Shown: positions 47,530 to 56,421 of the stretch, piece after piece
Position numbering within the stretch: position 1 is the first letter of the stretch
Layout of the letters: each line of letters opens with the position of its first letter
NCBI GenBank assembly: GCA_963841435.1
Contig: CAWJCS010000003.1
Span: forward strand, 1,408,001 to 1,472,000
DNA from: an uncultured delta proteobacterium
GTDB taxonomy: Bacteria; Myxococcota_A; Polyangia; Polyangiales; Polyangiaceae
Length of the DNA: 64,000 nucleotides
Direction of reading: 5' to 3'
Made by a program: the position numbers and the translations under genes
The notes under the pieces: generated by a model
What the model was told of the DNA's origin: nothing
Databases searched by the model: none
Seen by the model: the letters and a program-made list of their open reading frames with translations, nothing else

Positions 47530-48365
47530 CGCCCTCCGCCGGTCGCGTCGTGGCTCGCCTCGAGCCCGGAGCCTGCCTGATCGAAGCCGGGCTGCACGTT
47601 GACGACGCCGAATTGGCGATCCTCGACCTCGCGGTGCGCGGCCATGATCCAAATGAAATTGATGCTGTGCCCGGGGGCGGCGACGTTCGGGTGATACCCG
47701 GCGGGCATGAGCACGGCGTCGCCGTCGTGCACGAGGTTCACGAACTCGGGCTTGTCGGCCTGCGTGTAGACGAGCTGAATGCCGAACGCGGGCGCCGGCA
47801 TGTCGAAGTACACGTAGAGCTCCTCGAGCATCTTCGTGTGCTCGTGGGGCGGCCAGCTCGTCCAGTTGCCCGGCACCGAGCGCGTGAAACCAGCCAGTAG
47901 CCGCCCGGCCTCGACGTTCTTGCCGATGATGATGTTGAGGTCGCGCGAGGTCGAGTCGCCGCCGGCACGAAAGTGCAGCGCCGGATCCTGCTTGACGTCG
48001 GCATATCGCACGATCTGAAGCGGGTACTTGCCCTCGACCGCCGCCGAGCACTCCACGAGGTCGACCTCCTTCGTGGTGGTCACCTTCACGCTGCTGTCGC
48101 GGGGGACGTAAATCGCGTCGTAGGTGTCGATCGGGTAGAGCTTCCCGTTGACGGTCACCTCACAGGCGCCGCCCATGCAAAGGAGCGCCGTCTCGTGGCT
48201 GCCCGTGTCGAACGCCACGCTCGAGGTCTCGCCGTCGAGGCGGATGCGCCCGTAGTGGAGGTGGTTTAGGTCACTGTTTTCCGGGGAGACGGCGCGCGAG
48301 CGGCCCGTTTTCGACGCGGTGCCGGAGAAGATCAATCGCTTGGGGTCGAGGACTGCCGTTAACAT
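47526..48365 (-). CDS. KduI/IolB-family isomerase (IolB-type sequence)
   Basis: GNWTSWPPHEH, LEELYVY and GYHPNVAAPG; ATGA overlap with kduD. Confidence 0.85.
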   Translation of the reverse strand: MLTAVLDPKRLIFSGTASKTGRSRAVSPENSDLNHLHYGRIRLDGETSSVAFDTGSHETALLCMGGACEVTVNGKLYPIDTYDAIYVPRDSSVKVTTTKEVDLVECSAAVEGKYPLQIVRYADVKQDPALHFRAGGDSTSRDLNIIIGKNVEAGRLLAGFTRSVPGNWTSWPPHEHTKMLEELYVYFDMPAPAFGIQLVYTQADKPEFVNLVHDGDAVLMPAGYHPNVAAPGHSINFIWIMAAHREVEDRQFGVVNVQPGFDQAGSGLEASHDATGGGR

Positions 48366-48592
48366 GGTCGTTTAGTACCGGTCCGCATGGCGCCGCGCAA
48401 TCGCGCCCCGCGCGTTCGGCTCTCGGCCGGTTCCACGACGAAGGGCACCCCTCGGGGCACCCGACGACGTTTCCCTAATGCGCGCCGCGCGCGCTTTGAT
48501 CACGACTGCTGTTCGAGAGCCCCGCTCGGGCGCGCACATGCCAAAAGGGTCGCCCCGTTTCCGCCGGCACGGAAATTGCGCGCCCTGCCACA

Positions 48593-49672
48593 TCAGTGCG
48601 GCCCGACCCCGGCGCGGAGCCGATCCTCGAGGCCGCTCGTGCCGTCGAGCTCGTACGGATAGGGCGGCGTGAAGACGCCGGAACCGACGTCCGCCGTGCT
48701 GCCGCTGACGCTCAGGTAGAGGTTGCCGCGCGAGGACGCCACGCTCTCGGCGTTCGAGTAGTCCGTGGTGTCGATGGGGTCGGAAACGCCGATGAAGACG
48801 TTGTTCTCCGTGAGCACGTTCGCGTTCCAGCCAATCCCCACGCAGTAGTTGTTGCCGGACGCGGTGTAGAGGTTGTTGAACAGGTGGACGAGGCCGTAGC
48901 GGACGCGCGGCATGCGCTCGTGCGCCCGGTCAGCCCACCAGTCGTGGTGGAAGGTGACCCTGAGGTGACCCATGTCACCCGTGGCGCTGTCGCTCCCACC
49001 GATCAAGTTCGAGAAATGGTGACCGCCATCGCGCTCGTGCGAGTACCAAAACTTCGACCAGGAGACCGTCACGTAATCGGACTGTTCGGTGATGTCGAGG
49101 TTTCCGTCCGAGCCGTCCGAGATGTCGCAATGGTCAACCCAAACGTGGTGGGCGCCGCTGCGAATCGTCACGGCGTCGGAGCCCGAGGAGCAGTCGGGCA
49201 CGCCGCCGTTCGTCCCTTGCGCATCCGCGCAGTCGTTCCCCACGACCTTGAGGTTTCTCAGGATCACGTTGAACGACTCGTCGATGCGCACGGCGCCGTG
49301 AATTTCCGCCCCCGTCGCACCCTCGACGGTCTTGTTCGAACCGATCGAGATGCGTTCACCGTCGCCCACGCTGCCGTTGACGCGGACGACCCGTGGCGCC
49401 GTGCCGGCGATGGCGCTCAGCAATTCGGCCGTCGTGCTCACTTCGACGAGGTCGCCACCGTCGCCCCCCGTGGTTCCGTTCTGCCCGAGCGCATCGACCG
49501 AGGCCCAGCCGGTCGGGCTCGCGTCGTCGGGCGGGGGTGGTGGTGGAGGGTTTTCGCCTTCCATTCCCGCGCTGCCGTCGGCGGGCGCTGGAAAGCCAGT
49601 CGGCGCGCTCGAGCATGCGGCACCCGCTAGCAACGCAACCATGGCCATCGACACGCTTCTCATCGGCTTCAC
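48593..49672 (-). CDS. Pectate lyase, PL1 family (lipoprotein)
   Basis: SNKT, VWVDH, DGNLD, RMPRVRYG and HLFNN. Confidence 0.93.
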   Translation of the reverse strand: MKPMRSVSMAMVALLAGAACSSAPTGFPAPADGSAGMEGENPPPPPPPDDASPTGWASVDALGQNGTTGGDGGDLVEVSTTAELLSAIAGTAPRVVRVNGSVGDGERISIGSNKTVEGATGAEIHGAVRIDESFNVILRNLKVVGNDCADAQGTNGGVPDCSSGSDAVTIRSGAHHVWVDHCDISDGSDGNLDITEQSDYVTVSWSKFWYSHERDGGHHFSNLIGGSDSATGDMGHLRVTFHHDWWADRAHERMPRVRYGLVHLFNNLYTASGNNYCVGIGWNANVLTENNVFIGVSDPIDTTDYSNAESVASSRGNLYLSVSGSTADVGSGVFTPPYPYELDGTSGLEDRLRAGVGPH

Positions 49673-51334
49673 CCGTCGCGCAGGCGCACGGCCTGGCGTC
49701 CTACTTCTGGCTTCGTCGAGACTTTCTTCTTCGCAGCGCCGAGCTCGTTGTCACTCACGACGATGCGGGCGCTCTTCTCGCCGCTCACCTCGAGGAAGAC
49801 CCCCGTGCCCGGGGCCGCGCGGCAGCCGTGCACGAAGAGGTCGCGCGCGTCCGAGACGCGGATGACCGGGCTCACGCCGTCGAGCGCGCGCCCCGCCACA
49901 CGGCTGAGCTCCATGTCCTCCACGTGCTCGAGAATCGAGCGCCGGGCCCTCGGCCGCTTCCACGGCGAGCCCGTCGAACGAAACACCGCGCGCTTCGGCC
50001 ACGGCCACGCCGTGCTGGGCCCGCAGGCGCACGTCGCTCAAGGTCACGTCCTCGATGGGCGCCTCGGGCAGGCCCAAAATGCGTACCGCCGTCTTCGCCT
50101 CGCCGGTCACCCCGCTCACGTGAATGCGCCGAAAGTGCGGGGTTCGCTCGGAAACCGGCTCTTCGGGTGCGTCCGTGTAGTGCAGGTTCAGCATCAAGGC
50201 CTCCTCGCGGATGCCCTTCATGACGACGTTGCTCACGCGCACGTCCTCTACGACGCCGCCGCGTCCGCGCGTCGACTTGATGCGGATGCCCCTGTCGGTG
50301 CCGTCGAACACGCAGTTGTCGATGACGATCTTTCGCACGCTCCCCGACATCTCGCTGCCGATGACGACGCCCCCGTGCCCCCGCAGCATGGTCGAGTTCG
50401 TGATGGTGTAGTTCTCGGCGGGGCGGCCGATGCGGCGACCCTGCCGGTCTCGCCCACTCTTGATGGTGATGCAGTCGTCGCCGACGCTGATGTGGCAGTC
50501 GGAAATGTGCACATTTCGGCACGAGTCGGGGTTGATGCCGTCGGTGTTGGGGCCGTCCTCGGGGTTCTCGATCGTGACGCCCGAGACCGTCACGCCGTCG
50601 CAGTACACGGGGTTCAGCGTCCAGAACGGCGAGCGCGTGAGGCGGACGTCGCGCACGGACACGTTCCGGCAGTCGATGAGCTGCACGAGGGGCGGCCTGA
50701 GGAAGCCGATCTCGAGCAGCAAAGGGTCGTCGGGCAGCTCGAGACCCCTATTTTGCCGCGCGAACTCGAGCTCGTAGCGCGACGGTGCGCTCACCTTGCC
50801 CGTCCGCTGCCGCTCCTCCTTGAGCTCGCGAAAGCGGTGCCACCAGGGCTCGCCTTGCCCGTCGATCGTACCGCGCCCGTGGATCGCGACGTTCTCGACG
50901 TTCACGGCGTAGATGAGCGGCGAGAACCCCATCACCTCGGTGCCCTCCCAACGCAGACGCACCATCGGCAGGTAGTCGTCGAAATTCTGGCTGAAGCGCA
51001 GCGTGGCGCCGGCGTCGACGAACAGCGTGACGTTGCTCGCGAGGCGGATGGGACCGGTGAGGTAGTCGCCCGCGGGGAACACCACGGTACCGCCACCGCG
51101 CGCGGTCGCCGCCGCGATGGCGCGGGCGATCGCGGCCGTGCCCATGGTCTTGCCGTCGGGCGCGGCACCGTGCTCTCGCACGTCGAAAAACGGCGCGTCA
51201 TAACGCCGCGCCGCCGGGGGTGCGTCGGGTGGCAGGGCGCCGGCGCCAGGAGCCCCGGGCGGTCGCGCGGGCGCGCAGCCCACCGCCGTCAGGCAGCCGA
51301 GCACGACATCACGCCGGTCAACGACGAAGCTCAT
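49669..51334 (-). CDS. GH28 polygalacturonase, +1 frameshift near 49936
   Basis: NTDG, GDD, GHG and RIK motifs; twin-Arg-like lipoprotein signal; joined length 554 aa. Confidence 0.92.
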
Positions 51335-53603
51335 CCCACTCCAGGCTGGCGAGAATGAACGCGCCGTAACCCTTGGGATCGTCCGCCACCACCTCGGTCG
51401 AGGTATAATAGTCGTAAGAGCCGTCGCGGTAGGGGTTGCCGCCGAGGCCCGCCACCTTGCACACGCTCTTTAGCGTGACGTTGCCGCCGCTATCGCTCGC
51501 GAACTCGTGCACGAGCCCGCGGTAGGCGCGCTCCGCCACGGGACCGTAGGTCTCGTCGTCGAGCCAGCCGTTCCGGACCGCCTTCGAGAGGGCGTAGGTG
51601 AACATCGCCGAGGCCGACGCCTCGCGGTAGTTCTTGTCGCGCCCCGGAGCGTCGAGCACCTGCCAAAAGACGCCGGTCGCGGGGTCTTGCACGGAAGCGA
51701 TCGCTTTGGCCGTGCGCCCGAGGACGGCGAGGACCTGAGCGCGCTTCGGGTGATTCTTGGGAAAGCGCTCGAGCACGTCGACGAGCGCCATCGCGTACCA
51801 GCCCATGCCGCGACCCCAGAAATTCGAGGAACGACCCGTCTTCGGGTCGGCCCAGCGCTCCTTCCGGCTCTCGTCGTAGCCATGATAGAGAAGGCCCGTC
51901 TTCGCGTCGCGCGTGCCCGCTTCCGCGAGCGAGATCTGCCGTGCGACCTCGTCGAACAGCGCGGGCTCGTCGAACAGCACCGCGTAGCGCGCGAGGAACG
52001 GCGAAGTCATGTACACGCCGTCGAGCCACTGCTGGTTGGGGTAGATCTTCTTGTGCCAGAAGGCACCGGCGCGCGTGCGGGGGTGCCCGCGCATCTGCTC
52101 ACGGAGCTCGCCGAGCGCCTTCTTGTAGCGGGCCTTGTCCTTGGGGTCCTTCGCGTCCTCGTAGAGGTCGAAGACGACCTTTCCCATGTTGACGTTGTCG
52201 CTGTTGTATTCGTCCCGCGAATACCCGCCGAGCACGTGGCCGTCCGGAGCGAGCATGCCGTCGATGGTGCGCTTCGCCCACGCGCCGAAGCGCTTGTCGC
52301 CCGTGGCGTCGCCGACGCGCTGGCAAGCGCGCAGCTCGAGCCCGGGGTCGTAGCGCCATTCTTTGGTGAGCACGTCGGGGTTCTTGGCGAGCAGCGTGTC
52401 GCAGGCGCGGACCGCCCACGACGCCGTGAGCTCGGGCGTCACGAGCGCTCGGCCCGGCGCGAGCCGGACGCGCAGGGGCGAAGCCACGCGCCGCGCGAAG
52501 GCGAGCGCTTGCCGGTGCCAGTCCGCGGCGTCGCGCACGTCTCCACGAGCGTCCCAGGCGAACCCCGCGTAGTAGGTCGAAGGACCACGCGTCACGAGCA
52601 CGAAATCCGAGTCGGTCTCGCGGAAGTCGGCGACCGCGCGCGGCGCCGCGACGATGGCGCAGCCGAGGCTCCCGTTCTCCCGCTTGAGCGGCTCGAAGGT
52701 CGTCAGGACGCCCGCCTTTTTGTCGACGGTGGGCAGGCCGCCCGTGTGGCGCGCGATACCGAGCCCCACGTCGAGCGGCCGCGCGGGACCGTCGATGCTG
52801 AACGTGCTCTCGAAGCAATCGAAGCTCGACCCGGCGTCGAGCACGACGCGCTTGGTCTCGCGCACGCGGAGCCCGCCGGCGTCCCAGGGCTCGAAATCCA
52901 GCTCGAAAACCAGGCGGATCGGGCCGTTCGACAGCACGCGCGAACGCACGAAATTCTGCGACGAAAAGAGCTTGCCGTGCGACCAGATGCCGAGCCCGCC
53001 GCAACCCCTCGACTTGCCGACGGAGTAGAGGTCCGCGCCTTCACCGTGGTCCTGGTGGTAGTCGTCGGTCATGTACCATTCGTTGGCGACGAGGCGCGGG
53101 GTGCGCTTGGTCCAGACGTCCACACCGCTGCTCGTGAGCGGCTCCTTTTGCCAGGTTTGGAGGTCGGGCCCGTACATGCGATGAGCCACGCGATCGTTTT
53201 CCCAGACGAAGTCGTCGTGGCGCTCGCGCACGAAGCGGCCATAGACCTTGAATTGTTCGGGCGACGGCGTGCGTCGCGGGCCGGTCTGCACGGTGAACGT
53301 CTTGGTCTGGCTCGCTCTGAAGTCGGCCTGGAACACGAGCTCGTCCGGCTCGTCGTCCGCGTTCACGTCCACCCACTGGGAGAGCACGAGCTTGCCCTGC
53401 TGGTCTGCGACCACGGTGCTCGCCGGCTCGAGGCCCGACGCAACGCGCCGCAGGTCCGACAGCCGCACGGACAGCGTCTCCGCGGGCCTCGCTAGCCCAA
53501 TCGGGTTCGTGGCCCGCACGACCACGGCGTCCGCGGCGCGAGCGGCAGCGGGCCACGACGCGGCGGCGAGGACCAGGAGGGCGAAAGTCGGGGAGCGGGA
53601 CAC
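51318..53603 (-). CDS. DUF4861 + GH105 unsaturated rhamnogalacturonyl hydrolase fusion
   Basis: ERHDDFVWENDR (DUF4861); FWHKKIYP..WLDGVYM, WGRGMGW and EASAS (GH105). Confidence 0.9.
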   Translation of the reverse strand: MSRSPTFALLVLAAASWPAAARAADAVVVRATNPIGLARPAETLSVRLSDLRRVASGLEPASTVVADQQGKLVLSQWVDVNADDEPDELVFQADFRASQTKTFTVQTGPRRTPSPEQFKVYGRFVRERHDDFVWENDRVAHRMYGPDLQTWQKEPLTSSGVDVWTKRTPRLVANEWYMTDDYHQDHGEGADLYSVGKSRGCGGLGIWSHGKLFSSQNFVRSRVLSNGPIRLVFELDFEPWDAGGLRVRETKRVVLDAGSSFDCFESTFSIDGPARPLDVGLGIARHTGGLPTVDKKAGVLTTFEPLKRENGSLGCAIVAAPRAVADFRETDSDFVLVTRGPSTYYAGFAWDARGDVRDAADWHRQALAFARRVASPLRVRLAPGRALVTPELTASWAVRACDTLLAKNPDVLTKEWRYDPGLELRACQRVGDATGDKRFGAWAKRTIDGMLAPDGHVLGGYSRDEYNSDNVNMGKVVFDLYEDAKDPKDKARYKKALGELREQMRGHPRTRAGAFWHKKIYPNQQWLDGVYMTSPFLARYAVLFDEPALFDEVARQISLAEAGTRDAKTGLLYHGYDESRKERWADPKTGRSSNFWGRGMGWYAMALVDVLERFPKNHPKRAQVLAVLGRTAKAIASVQDPATGVFWQVLDAPGRDKNYREASASAMFTYALSKAVRNGWLDDETYGPVAERAYRGLVHEFASDSGGNVTLKSVCKVAGLGGNPYRDGSYDYYTSTEVVADDPKGYGAFILASLEWDELRR

Positions 53604-53772
53604 GGATCCGGCGACCGGCTAAATGCCCCGGACCCGCCGAACGATCACGGATCGGGCTGGCTGGCCCGGGTCGGCAGCCTCCGAGCCCCCGGCCGCGGGG
53701 CTTACCGCGGCCGGGAGGGCATCACGAGGGGCCCCGGCGGGGTATGAAGGAGCAGCCCCGAGGCCCCGGGGC

Positions 53773-53952
53773 ATGACCATGCTCTCGAAGATCCTGCTCG
53801 GCGTCGGCTTGGTGCTTTTGGGCCTAAAGCTCGGCCTGAAAGCCCGACTGCGCGAGCTCGGACGCGTCGTCGACCGCCTGGTGAATCTGGTCCTCGTCGT
53901 CATCATCGTTTCGTACGTCCTGCAGCTCGGAATCTGGTTTTTCACCCACTGA
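53773..53952 (+). CDS. Small two-TM membrane protein
   Basis: Two hydrophobic segments in 59 aa. Confidence 0.6.
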   Translation: MTMLSKILLGVGLVLLGLKLGLKARLRELGRVVDRLVNLVLVVIIVSYVLQLGIWFFTH

Positions 53953-54032
53953 CCGCCCGGCCTCGAGCCCGGCATTCGGTTGACCTCGAGCGGGCGATCG
54001 GAGAGATTTTCGAACTTCGAGCACGAGCGACC

Positions 54033-54782
54033 ATGAGCCGCCGCACCTTTGCCATCGGGGACATTCACGGGGAGGCGACCCACCTCTACAAGCTCCTCTC
54101 CTGCCTCCCGACGTTGGACGCCGAGGACACGATCGTGTTTCTCGGGGACTACCTGGATCGCGGGCCGCGATCGAAGGAAGTCATCGACTACATTCGATCA
54201 TTTCCGACGCGCACCCCGGCGAAGGTCGTGGCGCTCCGCGGCAATCACGAAGACGCCTGGCTCAGGGTCTGCAAGAAAGGCTGGGACGAGTTCGTGCTGC
54301 CGCCGGGCAACGGATGCCTCGCGGCGATGCGGTCTTTCACGGGCGGTTCGTTTCCGGCGGAGGGCGAGGCGGCGCAACCGGACGAGCTCATGGAGCTCAC
54401 GACGGGCATGTTCTTTCCCACCGACGTCATCGATTGGCTCGACGCGCTGCCCTACTACTACGAGGACGATCACGCGATATACGTGCACGCGGGTCTGCCG
54501 CCGGCGAACGGCACCTTCTTGCACCCCTCGGAGGTGGACGATCCGATCGTGCTCCTGTGGATCAGGACGGAAGGGTTCTTCCGTGACTACCGGGGCAAGC
54601 TCGTCGTCTTCGGCCACACACGCACCGAGTTTCTGCCGCAGGAACTCTCCGGTTACACGCCCGACGACCCCACCGACCTCTGGGCTGGCGAAAACGTGAT
54701 CGGCATCGATACGGGGTGCGGCAGCGGAGGCTTCCTGACGGCCGTCGAGCTGCCGGCCATGAATGTCTACGAATCCCGCTGA
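54033..54782 (+). CDS. Ser/Thr protein phosphatase (PPP-type metallophosphoesterase)
   Basis: GDIHG, GDYLDRG, RGNHE, VHAG, FGHT and IDTG. Confidence 0.93.
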   Translation: MSRRTFAIGDIHGEATHLYKLLSCLPTLDAEDTIVFLGDYLDRGPRSKEVIDYIRSFPTRTPAKVVALRGNHEDAWLRVCKKGWDEFVLPPGNGCLAAMRSFTGGSFPAEGEAAQPDELMELTTGMFFPTDVIDWLDALPYYYEDDHAIYVHAGLPPANGTFLHPSEVDDPIVLLWIRTEGFFRDYRGKLVVFGHTRTEFLPQELSGYTPDDPTDLWAGENVIGIDTGCGSGGFLTAVELPAMNVYESR

Positions 54783-54881
54783 GGATCCGGCGTGTTTCAG
54801 GCCACAATCGCGGCCAAAAGGCGCTAGCTCGGGGTCCGGCTTGAGCGCGCCCGGGGTTCTGGGATAGTTCCAGAAGCAGGT

Positions 54882-56411
54882 GTGAACCCCGTCCCAGAGC
54901 CTCAGGCGCCGGGCGGCTCCCGGATCATTGGCCCGGGGGACGTGCTCGGCCGTTACGAGTTGCTCCTGCCCGTGGCTGCGGGCGGCATGGCGATGGTGTG
55001 GGCGGCGCGCCTCAAGGGCTCGCGGGGCTTCCAGAAGATCGTCGCCGTCAAGACGATGCTGCCGAAGCTAAGCGAGGATCCTCAGTTCGAGAAGATGTTC
55101 CTCGACGAGGCCTCGCTCGCCTCCCGCATTCACCATCCCAACGTCGTCGAGGTGCTGGATCTCGGCGAAGAGAGCGGCGTCCTTTTCATCGCCATGGAGT
55201 GGCTCGACGGCGCTCCGCTGAACCAGGTGATGAAGGCGGCCAAGACTGCCCAGGGTATTCCGATCCCGGTCGCCATCCACATCCTCACGCACGCGGCCGA
55301 GGGCCTGCACGCGGCCCACGAGCTGCGCGACGACAAGGGCACGCTCGTGGGGCTCGTGCATCGCGACGTTTCTCCACAGAACATCCTGGTCGGCTACGAC
55401 GGTTTCACCAAAATGGTGGATTTCGGCCTCGCCAAGGCCACCGCGCTCGGCGACGGCGCCACGCGCGTCGGCCAGCTCAAGGGCAAGATCAGCTACATGG
55501 CACCCGAGCAGGTGCGGGGCGAGCCGATCGACCGGCGAGCCGACGTGTTCGCGCTCGGCGTCGTCTTGTACGCCGTCACGACGGGCAAGCATCCCTTCCG
55601 TCGCGAGTCCGAGGGCGCCACGCTGTTCGCGATCTCCGCCACGGACCCCGCGCCTGCTCCAAGCCGCTTCATGACCTACCCGCCCGAGCTCGAGGCGGTC
55701 CTCATGAAGGCGATCGCCAAGAATCCGAACGAGCGCTACTCCTCGTCGCTCGAGTTCGCGCGCGCCCTCGAGCAGACGCTGCCGGAGCCCGAGCGAGCTC
55801 ATGGCGGCGAGCGTGTCTCCGTGTTCGTGAAGGCCCTGCTCGGTACGCAGCACGAGCAGTCGAAGACGGCCCTTTCCGAGGCCTTGCGCCGCGCTGACCG
55901 CATGAGCATGTCGCCGAACCACGCCTCGATGGAGGGGCTGAGCCCGGCGGGCACGTCGGGGGTGAGCAGCCTTTCCGCCGTGGGATTGACCGCGCGCGGC
56001 GGCCAGGACCTCGACAGCTCGCTCGGCTTGCGCCCGACGACGCCCTGGCAGCGCACCCGCCTGCCTCTCGGCCTCGTGGTGATGGCGCTCGGCGTCGGAG
56101 CAGCCGCCTATGCCATCACGCGTAGCGCGACGCAGACGAAAGGCGCACCCGCGGTGGCCGTCGGCGTCCCGTCGGCGCCAAACAGCGCGAGCGCGGAGCC
56201 CAATGCGCCCCAGGTGGCGCTCGATGCGCTGCCCGTCGACTCTGCTTCGAGCGACGTCACGATGGAGCCCACGCCGGACAACGAAGGGCAGTCTCACGGC
56301 TCGACGAAGACGACTGGCAAGGGCGCGTCCACCACGACCGCGACGAGCGAACCGGCACCCGGGTCTGCGCCCACACACAAGCGGTCGTGGCGCCAGGACC
56401 CAGGCTTTTAG
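54882..56411 (+). CDS. Membrane-anchored Ser/Thr protein kinase
   Basis: GGMAMVW, VAVK, HRDVSPQN, DFG and YMAPE; TM segment and Ser/Thr/Pro tail ending DPGF. Confidence 0.95.
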   Translation: MNPVPEPQAPGGSRIIGPGDVLGRYELLLPVAAGGMAMVWAARLKGSRGFQKIVAVKTMLPKLSEDPQFEKMFLDEASLASRIHHPNVVEVLDLGEESGVLFIAMEWLDGAPLNQVMKAAKTAQGIPIPVAIHILTHAAEGLHAAHELRDDKGTLVGLVHRDVSPQNILVGYDGFTKMVDFGLAKATALGDGATRVGQLKGKISYMAPEQVRGEPIDRRADVFALGVVLYAVTTGKHPFRRESEGATLFAISATDPAPAPSRFMTYPPELEAVLMKAIAKNPNERYSSSLEFARALEQTLPEPERAHGGERVSVFVKALLGTQHEQSKTALSEALRRADRMSMSPNHASMEGLSPAGTSGVSSLSAVGLTARGGQDLDSSLGLRPTTPWQRTRLPLGLVVMALGVGAAAYAITRSATQTKGAPAVAVGVPSAPNSASAEPNAPQVALDALPVDSASSDVTMEPTPDNEGQSHGSTKTTGKGASTTTATSEPAPGSAPTHKRSWRQDPGF

Positions 56412-56421
56412 TAGCCGTCCT

